Shown: in pieces, positions 36,049 through 51,000 of the stretch
How positions within the stretch are numbered: the stretch's first letter is position 1
Layout: each line of letters begins with the position of its first letter
Assembly: GCA_002633005.1 (NCBI GenBank)
Contig: NMRA01000218.1
Span: forward strand, 77,688 to 141,687
Source: Phoronis australis
Taxonomy: Eukaryota > Animalia > Phoronida
Reading direction: 5' to 3'
DNA length: 64,000 bases
Notes under the pieces: model-generated
What the model was told of the DNA's origin: nothing
Database searches by the model: none
Seen by the model: only the letters and a program-made list of their open reading frames with translations
Made by a program: the position numbers and the translations under genes

Positions 36049-39000
36049 TTATGTAAGTTTTACTGAATTATCCAGTCGTATCTCATGATAATCGTGTAAC
36101 AGGGCTGCCATACTCAGAGTGTTTTCTCGTTCGTTGGCACGGCGATACATGAAGTAGCCATCTCCAAAGTTGATGTTCAGGTGACGGTTGTTAGTGTACG
36201 GTAACAGAGGGTCTTGACCCGCCTCTTGAACGGGGAATGCATACATAGTCTCTGTAAACACAGAAAGATTTGATTAAACATACCATAGGCAAGAAGGTTT
36301 GCAATGCTTCGATAACACTAAAACCAAAATTTTAGATTGTTTGCTCAGGAGTCGACCACACCGAGTTGCACAGGTCGACCCTTATCAGATCATGTCCAAA
36401 CTATAGTAATCCATATAGTAATGTAAAAACCAAGACACATACACTTTTGTATAGTGTAGTTATAACCATCACAGCATACTAAGCTATCAACAGGTAATTT
36501 ATAACAAACCTACAATACATCCACATGTTTGATTATTTCAAAGTATTCTATCTCGAAACTGCCTTGGTACTCCAAAAATGTACAAGCATCTCGATTTCAA
36601 ACTATTATCCAACATCTACAACGCAGTATAGTTTTGTACACGTACTTAAAGGCCTGCCATCTATCGTAAAGAAGACCACGCCATCAGGCATGACAAGGCC
36701 ACACCCAAATGTCTGTGGTGCTAATGATCCTGTGTCCAGCTGAAGCCTGTGTCCATTGGGCAACTCCAGTATGGACTGACCTATCACACAGCACACCTGG
36801 AAATAGAAAGGTACACCACCTTGTGTTCACACTGTCGCACACAGACACACAAAAAGTAGTTGTTGTCATTTAGCGACTTAAAACAATAAAGTACTTATAA
36901 AATTGGTGACTGTTACTGCAGATGCAATCATTCATATTGCCTATATATNACAGGTCGACCCTTATCAGATCATGTCCAAACTATAGTAATCCATATAGTG
37001 ATGTAAAAACCAAGACACATACACTTTTGTAAAGTGTAGTTATAACCATCACAGCATACTAAGCTATCAACAGGTAATTTATAACAAACCTACAATACAT
37101 CCACATGTTTGATTATTTCAAAGTATTCTATCTCGAAACTGCCTTGCTACTCCAAAAATGTACAAGCATCTCGATTTCAAACTATTATCCAACATCTACA
37201 ACACAGTATCGTTTTGTACACGTACTTAAAGGCCTGCCATCTATCGTAAAGAAGACCACGCCATCAGGCATGACAAGGCCACACCCAAATGTCTGTGGTG
37301 CTAATGATCCTGTGTCCAGCTGAAGCCTGTGTCCATTGGGCAACTCCAGTATGGACTGACCTATCACACAGCACACCTGGAAATAGAAAGGTACACCACC
37401 TTGTGTTCACACTGTCGCACACAGACACACAAAAAGTAGTTGTTGTCATTTAGCGACTTAAAACAATAAAGTACTTATAAGATTGGTGACTGTTACTGCA
37501 GACGCAATCATTCATATTGCCTATATATTTAGTAATGTTTCCTAGTTTACTCATGGTACTGACTTTTAAAAGTGTTTTACCCGCCAGTTCAATTCATTCG
37601 TATTTCTTATATGTGTGCGGTGTAGGCATGTCATTGGTTACGTCATTGAGATTGCAGGATTTTCATGATGTAAGTACTGTTCTTTTTGCTTATCGTTATA
37701 TTTCTGGTTTGTGTAATGCATTCTCTCGTGTCTGTAGTTTCAGTATTTTTCGCTTTATTCGCAGTATTTCTTCCTTTGTGGTTCATGTCGGGGGTTCGGG
37801 CATTGTTCGCTGTGACCTTGAGATTGCAATTCACAAACCAGTCTGTTTATAGCTCATATTTTTGTAATTGTTTAGCGTGACTTGATATCTAGTTTGTGTT
37901 TCGGTCTCACGGTAAAATTGTGTATGAATTATGTTCGTTTTTGTATCTAGTATTTTCACATAAAAGATCTGACAGTTTATTTGATGTCACCATTTCATTA
38001 CTTGAATATTTTCTTCATCAATGTAAATAACGGTTTTCGTATATATTATCACTGCCTGTGCTTGTATTATATTTTGTAGTAATGACTTGGGCTTTTGTTT
38101 ATTTCAGTTTACGGGTTTGTCTATGTACTGACGGCACTCGAATAAAAAATAAACTGCACGTAGAATCACCTGTGTTTCTTTTGATCGTTAGCCGACACTG
38201 TGCCAGAACAGTGATTATTTTGGTGATCATTTTGATACCAATTTAAAACCTGTGTAACAAGCAGCTGATACAATTTAATGTCATTTGCAATATCTTTGGT
38301 GTACTGAAATTACCAGACTGGTACACATGATTGCTTTTATCAAAAAAGATGTAAACAGAACTTAATAAAAGGTCTTTGGGCTCAGCAAACACAATTACAC
38401 TAAATAAAAATAAATTGAAACGATTGACACATGCTATATGCTATATATAACCAAGAAATAATTAATTAAAGTCAGATTACGACAATGGGGTAGTAGAAAT
38501 TTCTGGTGTCAGGTATTGCGGTTGATCAGTAATTCTTTGGTATATGAAGAGCTAGAAGACACAATGCAGAAAAACAGTCTTGTTTATAGACTTGCCTGTT
38601 GAGCTCCTTCAGGCCTCCACTCCGGAAATGATGTGTAGCCATAGACTAGTGGCTTTTGTACGTCACTGCTCAAATTAATCTCGTAGTAGAGAGACGGCTG
38701 TGGATGAGATTCACCCTCCTCTTCAACAAGTCCGTGCAGGAAGTCTTTTACTGGTGGCAGTTCTGTGGTGTCTGGGAGCCGGCTTGTATCTTTTGTAATG
38801 GGACTGACAGGTAGATAGCCATTGGGAGGTGAATACCTGTTGAATGAATTACCAGACTCAATTGTCTACCATACATTAAAACTGGGTTTCACTTGTAAAT
38901 GTGACTGGCATCCAAAATCCATAGTAAACATGTTCCGATCTAAAGCATTACTGTGCATTCCTGCCGAGAAGTAATTGAAACGTGTCAATATCACTATATC

Positions 39001-42000
39001 ACTACTTAATGATAACTTAACAATGTGAAGATATTTCAAACAAGTCACCAGATGTACCAACTGAAAACATACAAATCACTATATGTAATTAACACATACT
39101 GGTAAATTGCTGATTGTATATAACTGTCCAAATCTCATGTGAAAAAGGTGTAACGCCCCGCTCATGGGATGTATGACATAACACTTGGCTGTAAACATTA
39201 ATTGCGCAGATATCGGGTCCTCAGTAGCTCAATGGTAAGAGCACTACAGTCAAGTGACCTAATTATCGGACGTTTTGGCACATTTTGCATTATATTTAAT
39301 TGAAAATACTACGGATTGTTGTAAATTCTTTGCTGAAATAAAGAATTACCTTTATAGAATTGTTGTGTTACTATATCTTGTCACTGAAAGCCACATTTAT
39401 GTTCCGACTGAACTTTAAAAAACACAACAAGCAAACCTTCGGAGAACCTAAATATCGGACACCATGTTTCCCCATACGCCACACCGCGGAAAACTGACTA
39501 ACCACGTAATGGCCGCGGGCACCTTGTAGCCAAATTTCAGCTNTTTATTGCCCATCTTACCAGAGATTACCTATTATACTTATTTACCCGTATTCATTTT
39601 ATTGTAATTGTACTAGTCATAATAAATGACCTTATATCGCCTACATCAGTCTCCTTTCATCTCTGGTAACGAGCTTGCGACGCACGTATCATTTATCTAT
39701 TATCCGGGACATATGTCGATCATAAATGGTATTTCACTCGTTAAATATATTTATGTGAGCATATGGACTCGCCTTCTCCTTTTCCCCCTCATCTTGGTCT
39801 ATTCCATTATTCCCTCGTGCAGGACTACACGACGTTTTTCCAGCCTTCGCATTGGTCTGTTGTTATCACGTGCCTCGAGTTTGGTCAGCTCTTGGCTCTT
39901 ATAGGCTGATGATTGTCACGTGTCTTTAGGGGCGTTTTTGTTATTGTAACCTCTCTTTCAATTCACTTTGTTCCGGCCACATTGTCGTACGTCAAAAACT
40001 CAGGCCGGCGCTTTTTATTGCCCATCTTACCAGAGATTACCTATTATACTTATTTACCCGTATTCATTTTATTGTAATTGTACTAGTCATAATAAATGAC
40101 CTTATATCGCCTACATCAGTCTCCTTTCATCTCTGGTAACGAGCTTGCGGCGCACGTATCATTTATCTATTATCCGGGACATATGTCGATCATAAAAGTA
40201 TGAGCTAAAAATGTTAATTAACAAACCTTGTATTTATGCAGAAAACAATTGTCACACTGCCACCAAATGTCATCAAATGTGATACAAAAAATTTAGGATT
40301 ATTCGTTGCTATCAACTTATTTTAAATAACTCATAAACCGTGAATATTCTGTCTGTGTACTTACTGTTGGAAATGTTGCCAAATACACAGAATTTGAAGG
40401 AGTTTAGTTAGCATCCTGCATTTAGCACTTTGAATACATTTCTAATTGACATACCTTTGAAGGCGACACCCATGTCTATTCCTTTCAGCCAAAATGACAT
40501 GTCTCCACTTTTGGTTATTAAACAACTGACCACATCCCCCTCTGCCCATTCCATGCCATAGTCATTGTTCTGCAACAACGTATTTTCTGTTCTAATGGCA
40601 TAACCAATATAAAATTGATTTCAGTAGCACTAGACCAAGACTTTCAAAAGGAATCAAGATAAAGTACGACAGGGACAAAAAACAATTGCGTCCAATTAGG
40701 ACCTCAAAAAATTATTATCCAGACTGTGGCCCTGTTCATGAATTTGCCAATCTCAACTTTGCAGGGGTTATGCAAGACTTTAAAAACAAAATGGTGATAC
40801 AATTCAAGACATTGATGAAGCCATTCCATAATAAAAATCAGTATCAAAACACAACTTGTTCCATGCTTATTTCTTTTGTTATTATTTCATTTGGCAGCAA
40901 AAATGTTTAAGAGATTAACTCACATCAAATTCTGACACTTTTCCGTTCCACACTTTACATCTACCTCCGTCAAAGGCGCAGGAGTTGGAATCATCTCCAA
41001 CCCCAAGTCCCTTCTCGGGCTCAAACTTGCAATATTCTGTTGCCCAGCCAATCTGTATTACACCTCCGGACTTCAGAGTCACCTGGAAATAAACAGGTTA
41101 AAATGTTATCCAAAATCAACTGAGACCAAGCGTCTGTCCAAGGTGAAATTATATCTAGAAACCCTCCACAGCTGTTTTTGCATTCTCTGCCTTTATCAAT
41201 TTTTCCCAATGAAAAATGAATGAAATTCAGAAAGCATAACCAAAACATGAAAGATACTTGGGCCATTATGTCCAGCAACTACAAGATTTCATCAAAATCT
41301 GATTGCCAGACAGTGTGCTGGCAGGGGATGCTACTGGCTCTCTCAGGATCAGGTCATTGATGAGACTGAGGAAGTTATACCCCCATCACACCGGAGGTGC
41401 GGTGTCACTGCTGTACGGCATTAACCGCAGTGGTACTGCCATGATTGCCGTGGTTCTGCAGTGGTTCCGTCATTGATCACCGTAGCACCACGGAAAACTG
41501 TTGAGACCGCGGACCTTTGCAGTGGCACGGCGAAAACTTTGAGCATGTTTCATGCTTCCGCAGTACAACCACCGTGCAATCGCTGAAAACATGGACTGGG
41601 GACCCTATGACGGTCCTCTGGCGCGAAGAAAAACACATGTGTGACAGGTAGAGGAAAACTATGAAACACTACTGGCGGTGTCACTATGGTGATGGCAGTT
41701 TTGACCAAAAGCCGTAGTGGCACCGCGCCTCTGGTGTGGTGGGAGTATAACAGTCCTTGTTCCTGCTTACAACATCGCTTGAAAAAGTTTGAAGTCTCCA
41801 AACAAAACTTTAATGATTTGACTGGGATACTAAAACTTTGCTCAGCCAGCCAACACATTGTCCATTATTAGTTAGTTTTCGTCAAGTAAGAAAACTGTCA
41901 AAGTTGAATGATGTTACAGTCAAACAACGTTACAACAAACCTCCCTGGACTTTCTAAATCGTTTGATGTACATGAAGTTCGCCATAACAAAATAAACTTG

Positions 42001-45000
42001 AATGAAGTATGTAAGCTTGTGAAATGGTACAGCATACCGGTAAGCGAGGAAATGTCATAAAGGAAGCATGTAACATACATTGACAATACATATCAAATGT
42101 TTCAAATTTATTAAATAGCATTAAACAAGACATACATTGAATAATAACCAGATACAGATGGGGTTTTAGATCTCATACATCTGGTGCTTTTGGTAATTTA
42201 GTAAATCTCCTCTCCCTGCACTAATGAATGTAAAGTTCCAGCTATGCTCGATGCATGGGAACAGTCTGCTGAATCTGCCATCTTATGAAATTCTGTATCA
42301 ATCGTGTTTGAAATGGAAAAATAGTTCCTCCATTTGACTTTATATCATGGTCGCATTGTAACCCCCGCAGAATGAAAGTCATATTTAAAAAAAAAAGCAA
42401 AAAGAAGAAACCCATAAAACAAACAGAATAACTCAGAACAATGTGTTCACCTCATAGTACCATCCCTCTGTGTTATGATCCACCTCATCACCACATGCCC
42501 CATGTGTAGACCGAATACTCTCAAATGTCCAGCTGTCATTGCGCACCTGAAGTCACATCAAAATACATTTAACAAGATTGCACACATTTTGATGAGCATT
42601 GTGCTATGTATAATTTATTGGATGTTTCTGGTATTTATCCCTAATGAGTTAAATAGGTCACAGATCCCCCGTAACTGTCACAACCAAACAAATGATTGGC
42701 TTGTGCAATTGTTTTTGACATAAAAATATACACTTTAAAGCCAAACAAACAATTCCTTACCACACCTAACTTACCGTTTCACACAAACTTTAATAACACN
42801 ATTTTGAATTTAAATCGAACGCAACCACCCATAAATTTTTATTTCAGTTGCCTTCCCCCCCTCCCACACAGATTTTGCTGGAACAGCCCTCAGCACATTC
42901 CCAATTACCAGACATTTTACTTAGTTTCCAGGCAACAAGTTGCCATACACTCCAAATAGATGAACAGACTGAACTTCAACTTCAAACAGCAGGAAATTAA
43001 CGGAGGAATTGAACATCCTCAAATCTAATGTCTGTGTTTTAGTTCATTCTTCATCACTTCAGAACAGAAAGTTACACAGCTGAAAGGTGACTTCAACTGA
43101 ACAAAAACATAACAACGTAGACAACACGGTTTCTAGACTGCCAGAGACCAATGTTACAAGAAATAGTCCCAACAGGGACTCAACTAAGTTTCCTAAATTT
43201 TCAGTGCATTTGTGGAATTTGTTTACTCACTAAAGTTACATTTTTCTAACAATTCATCTTTATTATGAGCTCCCTTTTTCTTATAACATTTTCAAATAAT
43301 ATATCAGAAAATAGAGCCCTTATTTTGATGAGGACTAAACCCTTAAAATAGAGACATTGCACAAAAGAGGTCCCTGTTTATTTTCAAGAATTCAACGTAG
43401 AATTTAGTCTTGCTGTGTATCAAAGGTAAAACATGACATTGCAATGAAGATAGAATAACACAAAAGAGAACAAACTGTGTTTGAACAAAGTCCACATATA
43501 CGCTGAAAATTTAGAGAACATAGTTAAGTTCCTATTGGGCCTGTTTTATGCAACTGGGCACAGAGGCTTGATCCTTCTACTCTAACTTGCCTTTAAACAA
43601 ATGCTTAAGTTGAAATTCATATTTTAGACATTTCAGAAAAGGCTGCCAAGTGCACGGAATTCATTTTAGTCTTCAATATTCAGCCAACTTTGGACGTAGT
43701 TGGACGTACAAACAGTAGTCTCCAAACCACCACTGTAACATACCGCTATAGCCGATTTGAGCACCAAGTTAGAACACAACAGTGTAGACCACATGGTTTC
43801 CAATGCCCCAGCCTGCAGCAGTAGGGTGCAGGAGACCAGGTCTGACTCGCTCGTCTCAACACCAGCACAGTTAGACAGAGTGAGTACCGTGTAACGAGCC
43901 AGGTTGGAGAACATCTCCTCCAAGTCTGAAACTGAAACAACAGACATCAGTTACCAAGGAACAGCCAGTCACTATTATGAGATACATTTAGGTTATTTAG
44001 CGCATGCCAAAATCAAATACAACAAAACTTGAAGTGCTTAAACCACTATTTACCTGTTTTGACAAGTGGCTGCATTGCCAGTATCATTAAACTTTCCTTC
44101 ATAGCAGAATTGCACAAATCACGGGCATGCCTACTTTAATGGTCTGTGGCTTGTTTACAACTGGGGAAGAGAGTAGCTGTGCTGCTTGAACTCTTTTTTC
44201 TATGGTGCCAAACAATACGTTGACATAATGGCTCACTAGGCAATTTTTGAAGTAGCCATGTCATATTGAAATTCATTATGCCACCAGGCAGCGATCAGGT
44301 GTTTGGTGTCGACAAGCATTCAGTGCGACCAGCAGGTCCCATGTAATGCAGCTGGGAGGTTTCAACACAGAGGTATAAACAGCATTACTTTTTAACACCT
44401 TTTCTGATATCATAATGGCAGCAAATAGTCACTGCTGTGGACTGGAGTGTACTGATGACTCGGGGGTGGAGGCAATCCCCTTGAAATATCCATACATTAT
44501 CGACTGCAAAGAAGAATCCACAGCTGTAAAGTCAGTGGCTGCACTTTCCGATAGTTTGAAACACTTATTCCTCATCCTTGCAAGTTTTTCTTCTGCTCTG
44601 TGACTTTAAAGGAGTGAAAATTGGGCACAATTTCACCAGGGTAGAATGTAGTGTGACTACCAGCCATCTTGAATTTTGGTCCACCAAATCTGAGTCGAGA
44701 TCAAGCTAAAGTCGCATTCGCACTCCCATTACTCTAGGGATCACTGATAGGAAAAGCCCGCAATTAGAATTGTTGTCTATTATGTATTCAATAGTTTATA
44801 AATAGTGGAGTGAGTCATAAGTATTACAGTGCTTAAAAATGATCAATTTATATAAAAAAACCCCCAAAAATAACCTCGCCAGTCGATCATCTGCCAATTG
44901 AATTAGAACACCCACAAACACTATCTGACAATATATTAATTAGCTGATTTTGAGTTACAAGCACAAATTGGTCAAAACATACTAAATAAAATTGGTCATC

Positions 45001-48000
45001 CTTCACTGTGTTTAGTGTAAGAAATCATCAGAAATTGTTGCTTGCTTTCCTGTGGTTCATGGTATAATGAGGAATGGCAAGGCGTTGCGTTTGTGGCAAC
45101 TGTAACAGTTAGTATTTGACCATGTGGCTCTTTCCACTTTGCCGCTGGACAGCGCAGAAGCACGGATACAGCAAGGTTTGTACGAGAAACTCGCGTGTTG
45201 GTGGACATGACACACTAGTGCTGGGTACGTTCATACGTCAAACTCGTCTCCGTGGAGCTAATAAACTTACAGTTGAAGTCACGTTTCTTCTATTTTTTCG
45301 TTTTTGGGTATTGAATTCATGATTGTGATACGCAGATCCCAAATAATGAAGATCAATTAGATATCAGATATGAAAATGGATTGTAGTTTGGCATGTTGCT
45401 GATCAATTGAACATTTATTTACCTCCACTTTTCAGCTCCTGAGATTCAAGAAGGTCTGCGTTGGTGTTGGTGAATGCACTCTCTGACATTTCCTTGTGGA
45501 TGTGTCGTGTGGGACTGGGTGAACGAGCCAAGTGATGGTGAATGGTAGGTGGCTCTGGTAGTGGCGACATGGGAGACAACTCTGCGATGACGTCATCCGT
45601 ATCACTGTCAGCATCAATGTCACTCAGGGCGAATATAGAAGCTTGGTCGTTAGTAGTAGGAGTGAGGTCTGAAGCTAAAAGAAAACAAAAATTGAAAATT
45701 CAAGTTTTGAATTTTTATGATGCAAAGACCTGATTAATTGCACTTAATTAAACTCAGTAAAAATAACATCATGAACCAAGAACAATTAGTGCTTCCCTAC
45801 TCCGTGTACTTACAGTGTTGACCAGTGGTCAGTAACTCAGCGCTAGAGACTGCTGTGCTAAGCACTGCGTTGATCCACTCTCCAGTCAGATAGAACAACA
45901 GCATGATCAATGAGTGGATCACTCGCTGGTTGAGCAGCTGCCTGCGGGACGAGTCTGTAAAATATAACAAAAGAAAATAAATGTGTCATTGCACTCACTG
46001 GAACTGTTGTTGAATTACAGCAGACCTCTAGTCTGCTTTTACACTACGGTCTAAATTTATACACTGAGATATCCTACTGCCGAGTTCTCAGCAATATTTA
46101 GCAATATATGGATAACAAGTTGGTTTAAAATGCTAACTTAATGCTTCCATGCCAAACAGCTGAAAACTTAAAACTTAAGAGCTCAAGTTATTCAGCAACA
46201 CAATCAAATTTAGCTCATTGCCGCAGACATCAGAAAATGGGGATTACACTGTTGATAATAATCTGGGAAAAACTTGACCCTATGAAGTTCTTGAAGTTAA
46301 AAAAGTGTACACGTTTAAAGCGTAGAAATATCAATCCAATTTCATGTTGAAAATGCTGCACAGTTGGATGACTGCATTGAAAAAAAGAAGGAATAAAATC
46401 CTATTTCCAGACTAATGCTATCCATTCTGCACCCATCCACTCAATAGAGCAGCCTACTTACCATGTACAGACAACACAGTCAGTATTTTGAGCGCTCCCA
46501 AGCAGTGAGCCAGGAAGATAGGCTGCACCTCTTTATCCGACATCACCTGATCAACACTGTCTCTGTGAATAACAGAAATATGCAAAAAGCCGTAAAAATG
46601 ACACAAAACACAGACAATTAAGAAGTTAATGAATTCATGAAACCAACTCATAATCTGCTTTTCATTGTTCTAGTTTTCTTGATTTAAACATCTCATGTAT
46701 ATTACTAATTTGTTTATGAAGATTGGATATATTATACCTGGATAGAGTTAGTAGCAGTATTTTATTGTCAAAAATACAAGCACAAACATACAAGAGCACA
46801 GACCAGTAAAGTTTCAAAAGAAGTTAAGGCAATCTGGGTTACTAATAAAAGAGCACAAAAAAGAATGAATATATCTCAATGAAAAAAACAATTTCAGAGC
46901 ATTTTCCAGGTACAGTGAATACTGTGTATGTAACACCATAAACAACAAAAAAACCAACATTTTCTGAGTAATGTCTCACCTTACAATGCTGCCAAGATAT
47001 TCTATGAAGCCTTCACAAGCCTGTATTTCCCGACTGTGTCCCGGGTGTCTGGCCAGGATATGCAATAACTCTAGTTCCTACAACATGATCATAATAACAG
47101 TCACACTGAATACTGTGTTACAAATACAGAATCAACTCATTCAATTATTGGTTTTTGACTATATTCTACGATTACATTTTCGGTCTGTTTAGCTGGATAA
47201 AAAACTAAAATCAAACTGGACCTTTTCTGACAGTCTCATAATATTACCGTGCAAGGATTCCGTTTCCGTTACCAACATGGCAAAGGAAATAGAATGCTAT
47301 CAAGGTGCCGATTTCATAAAAGTAAAAACCCTAATTTAACTTTTTATTTCTTTTAGCCAGCTAAAAAGGACGAAATTCAGCTTCAAAATCTTGAGAAACA
47401 GCACCTTAAGTTGATGACAACAAAATGCAGTGTAAATGCAGGTACCAGCCAATTGTCAATAGCAAAGCCAGAAAAAAATCTGAATGTATTTATGAAAAAA
47501 CAATCAACTATATTACAAGACTGCCCTCTTCAGGACTTACCGATACTTTACTGATGGGTGAACAAGGATGAGTACTGAATAATATCTTGATGGTACTCTT
47601 AAGAACAACTTCAGACACACAGTGATTCACAACCTCGCCTATGAATAAACAAAAAAACTGAGTATGAAAACTGAGTACAGTAAACCAACCACATAAGCAC
47701 ACAAGAACAATATTTGTTATACTCCCGGGATTTTCAGTAGATAAGCCCATGGGCATGAATTCGGAAAATGAAACTTTTCAGGCGTTTTTAGTAACACCAA
47801 ATAAACGCCTGGCATTTATTTTGAAAAGGGGGCACGTAACGGAAAAGTCATAGTTTTGCTGACTGACATTTTTTAGTTAAAACTGGGCTTTTAAATTTTA
47901 TGTTAATAAATGCATAGTTCGCCAACACCTTGTTCATTTTTATAAATGATAATTGCTCCATAAAAGTGAATTTGTGACAAAAAATTGACTGGGGGCTTTT

Positions 48001-51000
48001 AAGAGGAAATTTTCCGAATAAATGCCTCACTATCTGTACACTTGACACCAGCAGTTGTAATTATTATACCAAATAAATGCCCATGGGCGTTTATTCGGCA
48101 TAATTTTCCTAATAAACGGCTGTTTCATCGGGTGGGCTTATCTACGGAAAACCTTGGTACCAACAAATGTTGACTCAATTTGAAATTCCACACAGCACTA
48201 ATTTGACGAAGATGAAATCTCAAACTTCAAACTGAAAAACATCACAAACTTGGCACTACAAGGGGCTTTACATGACAGATGGTCATGAGCAGCCTCTGGC
48301 TTACTTGTAGAACAATCACACATTAACCTACTATTGAATTTTAATATTTAGTAATCTAAGTTTAGCAAAGCTAACCACATTGTAAGAGAATCTAAATCCC
48401 ATGTCCATTTACTATCAATTCTGCCTTCGTCTTCCAAGTACTTGGATACCACAGCCAGTTTTAAAAACCAACTGTATTTGAATTGACACGAATGTACGAT
48501 TTCATAACAAAAGCAAAATTAAACACTTTCCATATAGCATGTGCTTAAAAATCACACACATTTCTTAGTCAAATAAATCCATGCAAAACTTACCATAAGG
48601 GAACTGGAACTCAGCCTGCACAACTGGACTCTTCTCCATGTGAACAACCTCAACAATTCCAGATGACATGAAAGTACCAATGAGAACGCACACACAGTCA
48701 GGGGGAACATCGAGCTGTGTGACCTTGTCACAGTCGACAACGTCAGAGAATATTATCAAGTGTTTAATAGCTGTAAACAGAAAAAAATCACAATCAAGAA
48801 TTTGAACTTGCTTTCACCAATTCATTTTTTATCAAACTTTTCTTCTTCCTTTTTACTAGATACGCGTTTTCTAAGTAAACATAACAGATAACTCCAGGAA
48901 CAATTTTGAGATAATGAACAGAATCAGTTATTAAAAAAATACCAAAGGTGGCTCCATCAGTAGTGAACACTGCCTTTCCCGTTGGACCTCCGTGCATTCA
49001 CACTACATTCACTCTTTTTCACACACTCAACGTAAGATGGAGCATGCGGAGGCAAGAGACCCGACTTAATAAAACAAAACATTTTATAAGCTGAAACAAA
49101 CAGCAGGATCCTCGACAAGTCTTGTAGTATTTTGTGACATAGTCAATGTATCTATCAATAACATGCACATTTCTTAGCAGTAGTAATGTACCTCGTAAAA
49201 AGGCCTGTCCGTGTGGGCCCCTTATGACAACAATGACAACATTCCCTTCATCCTGAGGTCTGAAGGGAATCTTGATATTTAGGTCATTTATGTCCCAGGA
49301 GTTCCTGATGGTAAAGTCATCTTGCTTGATGGCTTGGCTAGTTAAAGAGTCCCACAATAATATGTTGAGCTGAAAATAGACAGAGTTCAGATCATGAAAA
49401 TGTGTAAATGAAAAACTGGCCATAAGAATAAATTCCCACATACAGTTAAGTTTCCTCAAACTCAAAAATAATAATGGCCAAAATTTTACTGTATTGACAA
49501 AAATGTTCAAAATGTCATTGTGCGTTTGTAGATGACAGCCATATTATACACAATTTTCAAATAATGAAGTAAAATTGTCGGTGGCTTCTAACAAAGTTTT
49601 TACAACATTAATTTTTACTCTTCCGCCATACTACGTTCTAATTTGGAGAAACTTTATCGTACACTCCCTTTTGCAGTGCTTGAAAAATTCATTGAATGAG
49701 TGACTTCAGTTTTCAAAATGTAGGGTTGCAAACACAGTTCTGAACCGAGTTGGACGAGTGATGAACGATTTATCACATCTCACTCCGCTACTATGACAAA
49801 CTAATCTGAATGTGAAATAGTGATAAGCAATGCAGCAATGTACAACTGTAGGCCAAGTGTCCTATAGGTGTCATCATTGTGGATGAATACAGCAAAATGA
49901 GAGAGGATACAGCACATTCTGTCAAGTGGCATACACAGTAACATTATAAAACTGACAAATACAATTTTATCAGACAAATTATTCATTAATATTCAAAATA
50001 TAGTAATTACAACTTGCCATGAACACATAACTAAAATAATTTCAATTTCACTGAATGTTTAAGCTTGAACATAGAGCTACAAAACTGATAATGTGGGTTA
50101 TAAAGCATTCACTTTGCATTTAAACAAACAAACCCACTGTGGTCAATAAACACTTAACTACTAACTACAACTACTACAAAAAGCAGATGACACTATGTTA
50201 TAACAAGAAGTATAAACAGTACCCCATTCTTGTCCAAGTGGTATGTTCTATCTGCCACCTCAATCCTCCCCAGGTCAGAATCACACTCAATCAACAGGGA
50301 CAGAGGTTTGTCTGAAAACCCAAACAACACAAGGCAGTACAGAGGGCAACACAAAAAATAGATCACAAAATGTAATACACAACTTCCATCGAGGTACCAG
50401 TTTTAAACCCTTCCTTGGACATAATTTTGTTATTTTAGATGTATTAGGCTTTCCATATAGTCCCAAGAATACTTTAGAAACATAGGAAAACACAATCTGA
50501 TTACTCAAACGTAGGCTCGTCAAATACTGTGTGAAGTAAAGCTCTTGTGTCATATTGTGTCACTGAGAGATCACAGAATAACGAAAAAAGTGATATTGAG
50601 CAGGGGTCTGAATAGAACACCATTTTTAAAGGATTATCACGGTAACGTAGACGAAAGCAAATCAACTAGCTTGACTGTTCATAATATTTGACAATTTGTG
50701 GCACTCGTGTGCTGAGAGATGCTCAAAACATATGTTCAGAACCAAATTCACACGTGTAGGCTTCAAATAACCAATAAAGGCTAGTCATATCTAGATAGTT
50801 TTATTGCTAGCCAAAAATACAGGATGAATTAAACAAGCACAGAAAACATTTTATATCCCGACATGTAACGTAACACCAAAATATAAATTATAGTTATTAA
50901 AACTTTTTGATTACACTTATCATCAGCGTGTACTTGACAAATAAACATAAAAGAGCATTTAGTAACCAATGAATCCTAGCATAGTGAGAGTCTTGGCAGC

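Noticed and set aside
38866-39060. ORF with ..MDFG.. as candidate for the missing SPRY exon
   Set aside because: No phase-2 donor leaving a plausible intron, and the YPA-type motif is absent.
39215-39245. tRNA-like A-box (also a B-box fragment at about 61783-61810)
   Set aside because: Only half of a tRNA-like head in each case; these are SINE fragments, not tRNA genes.
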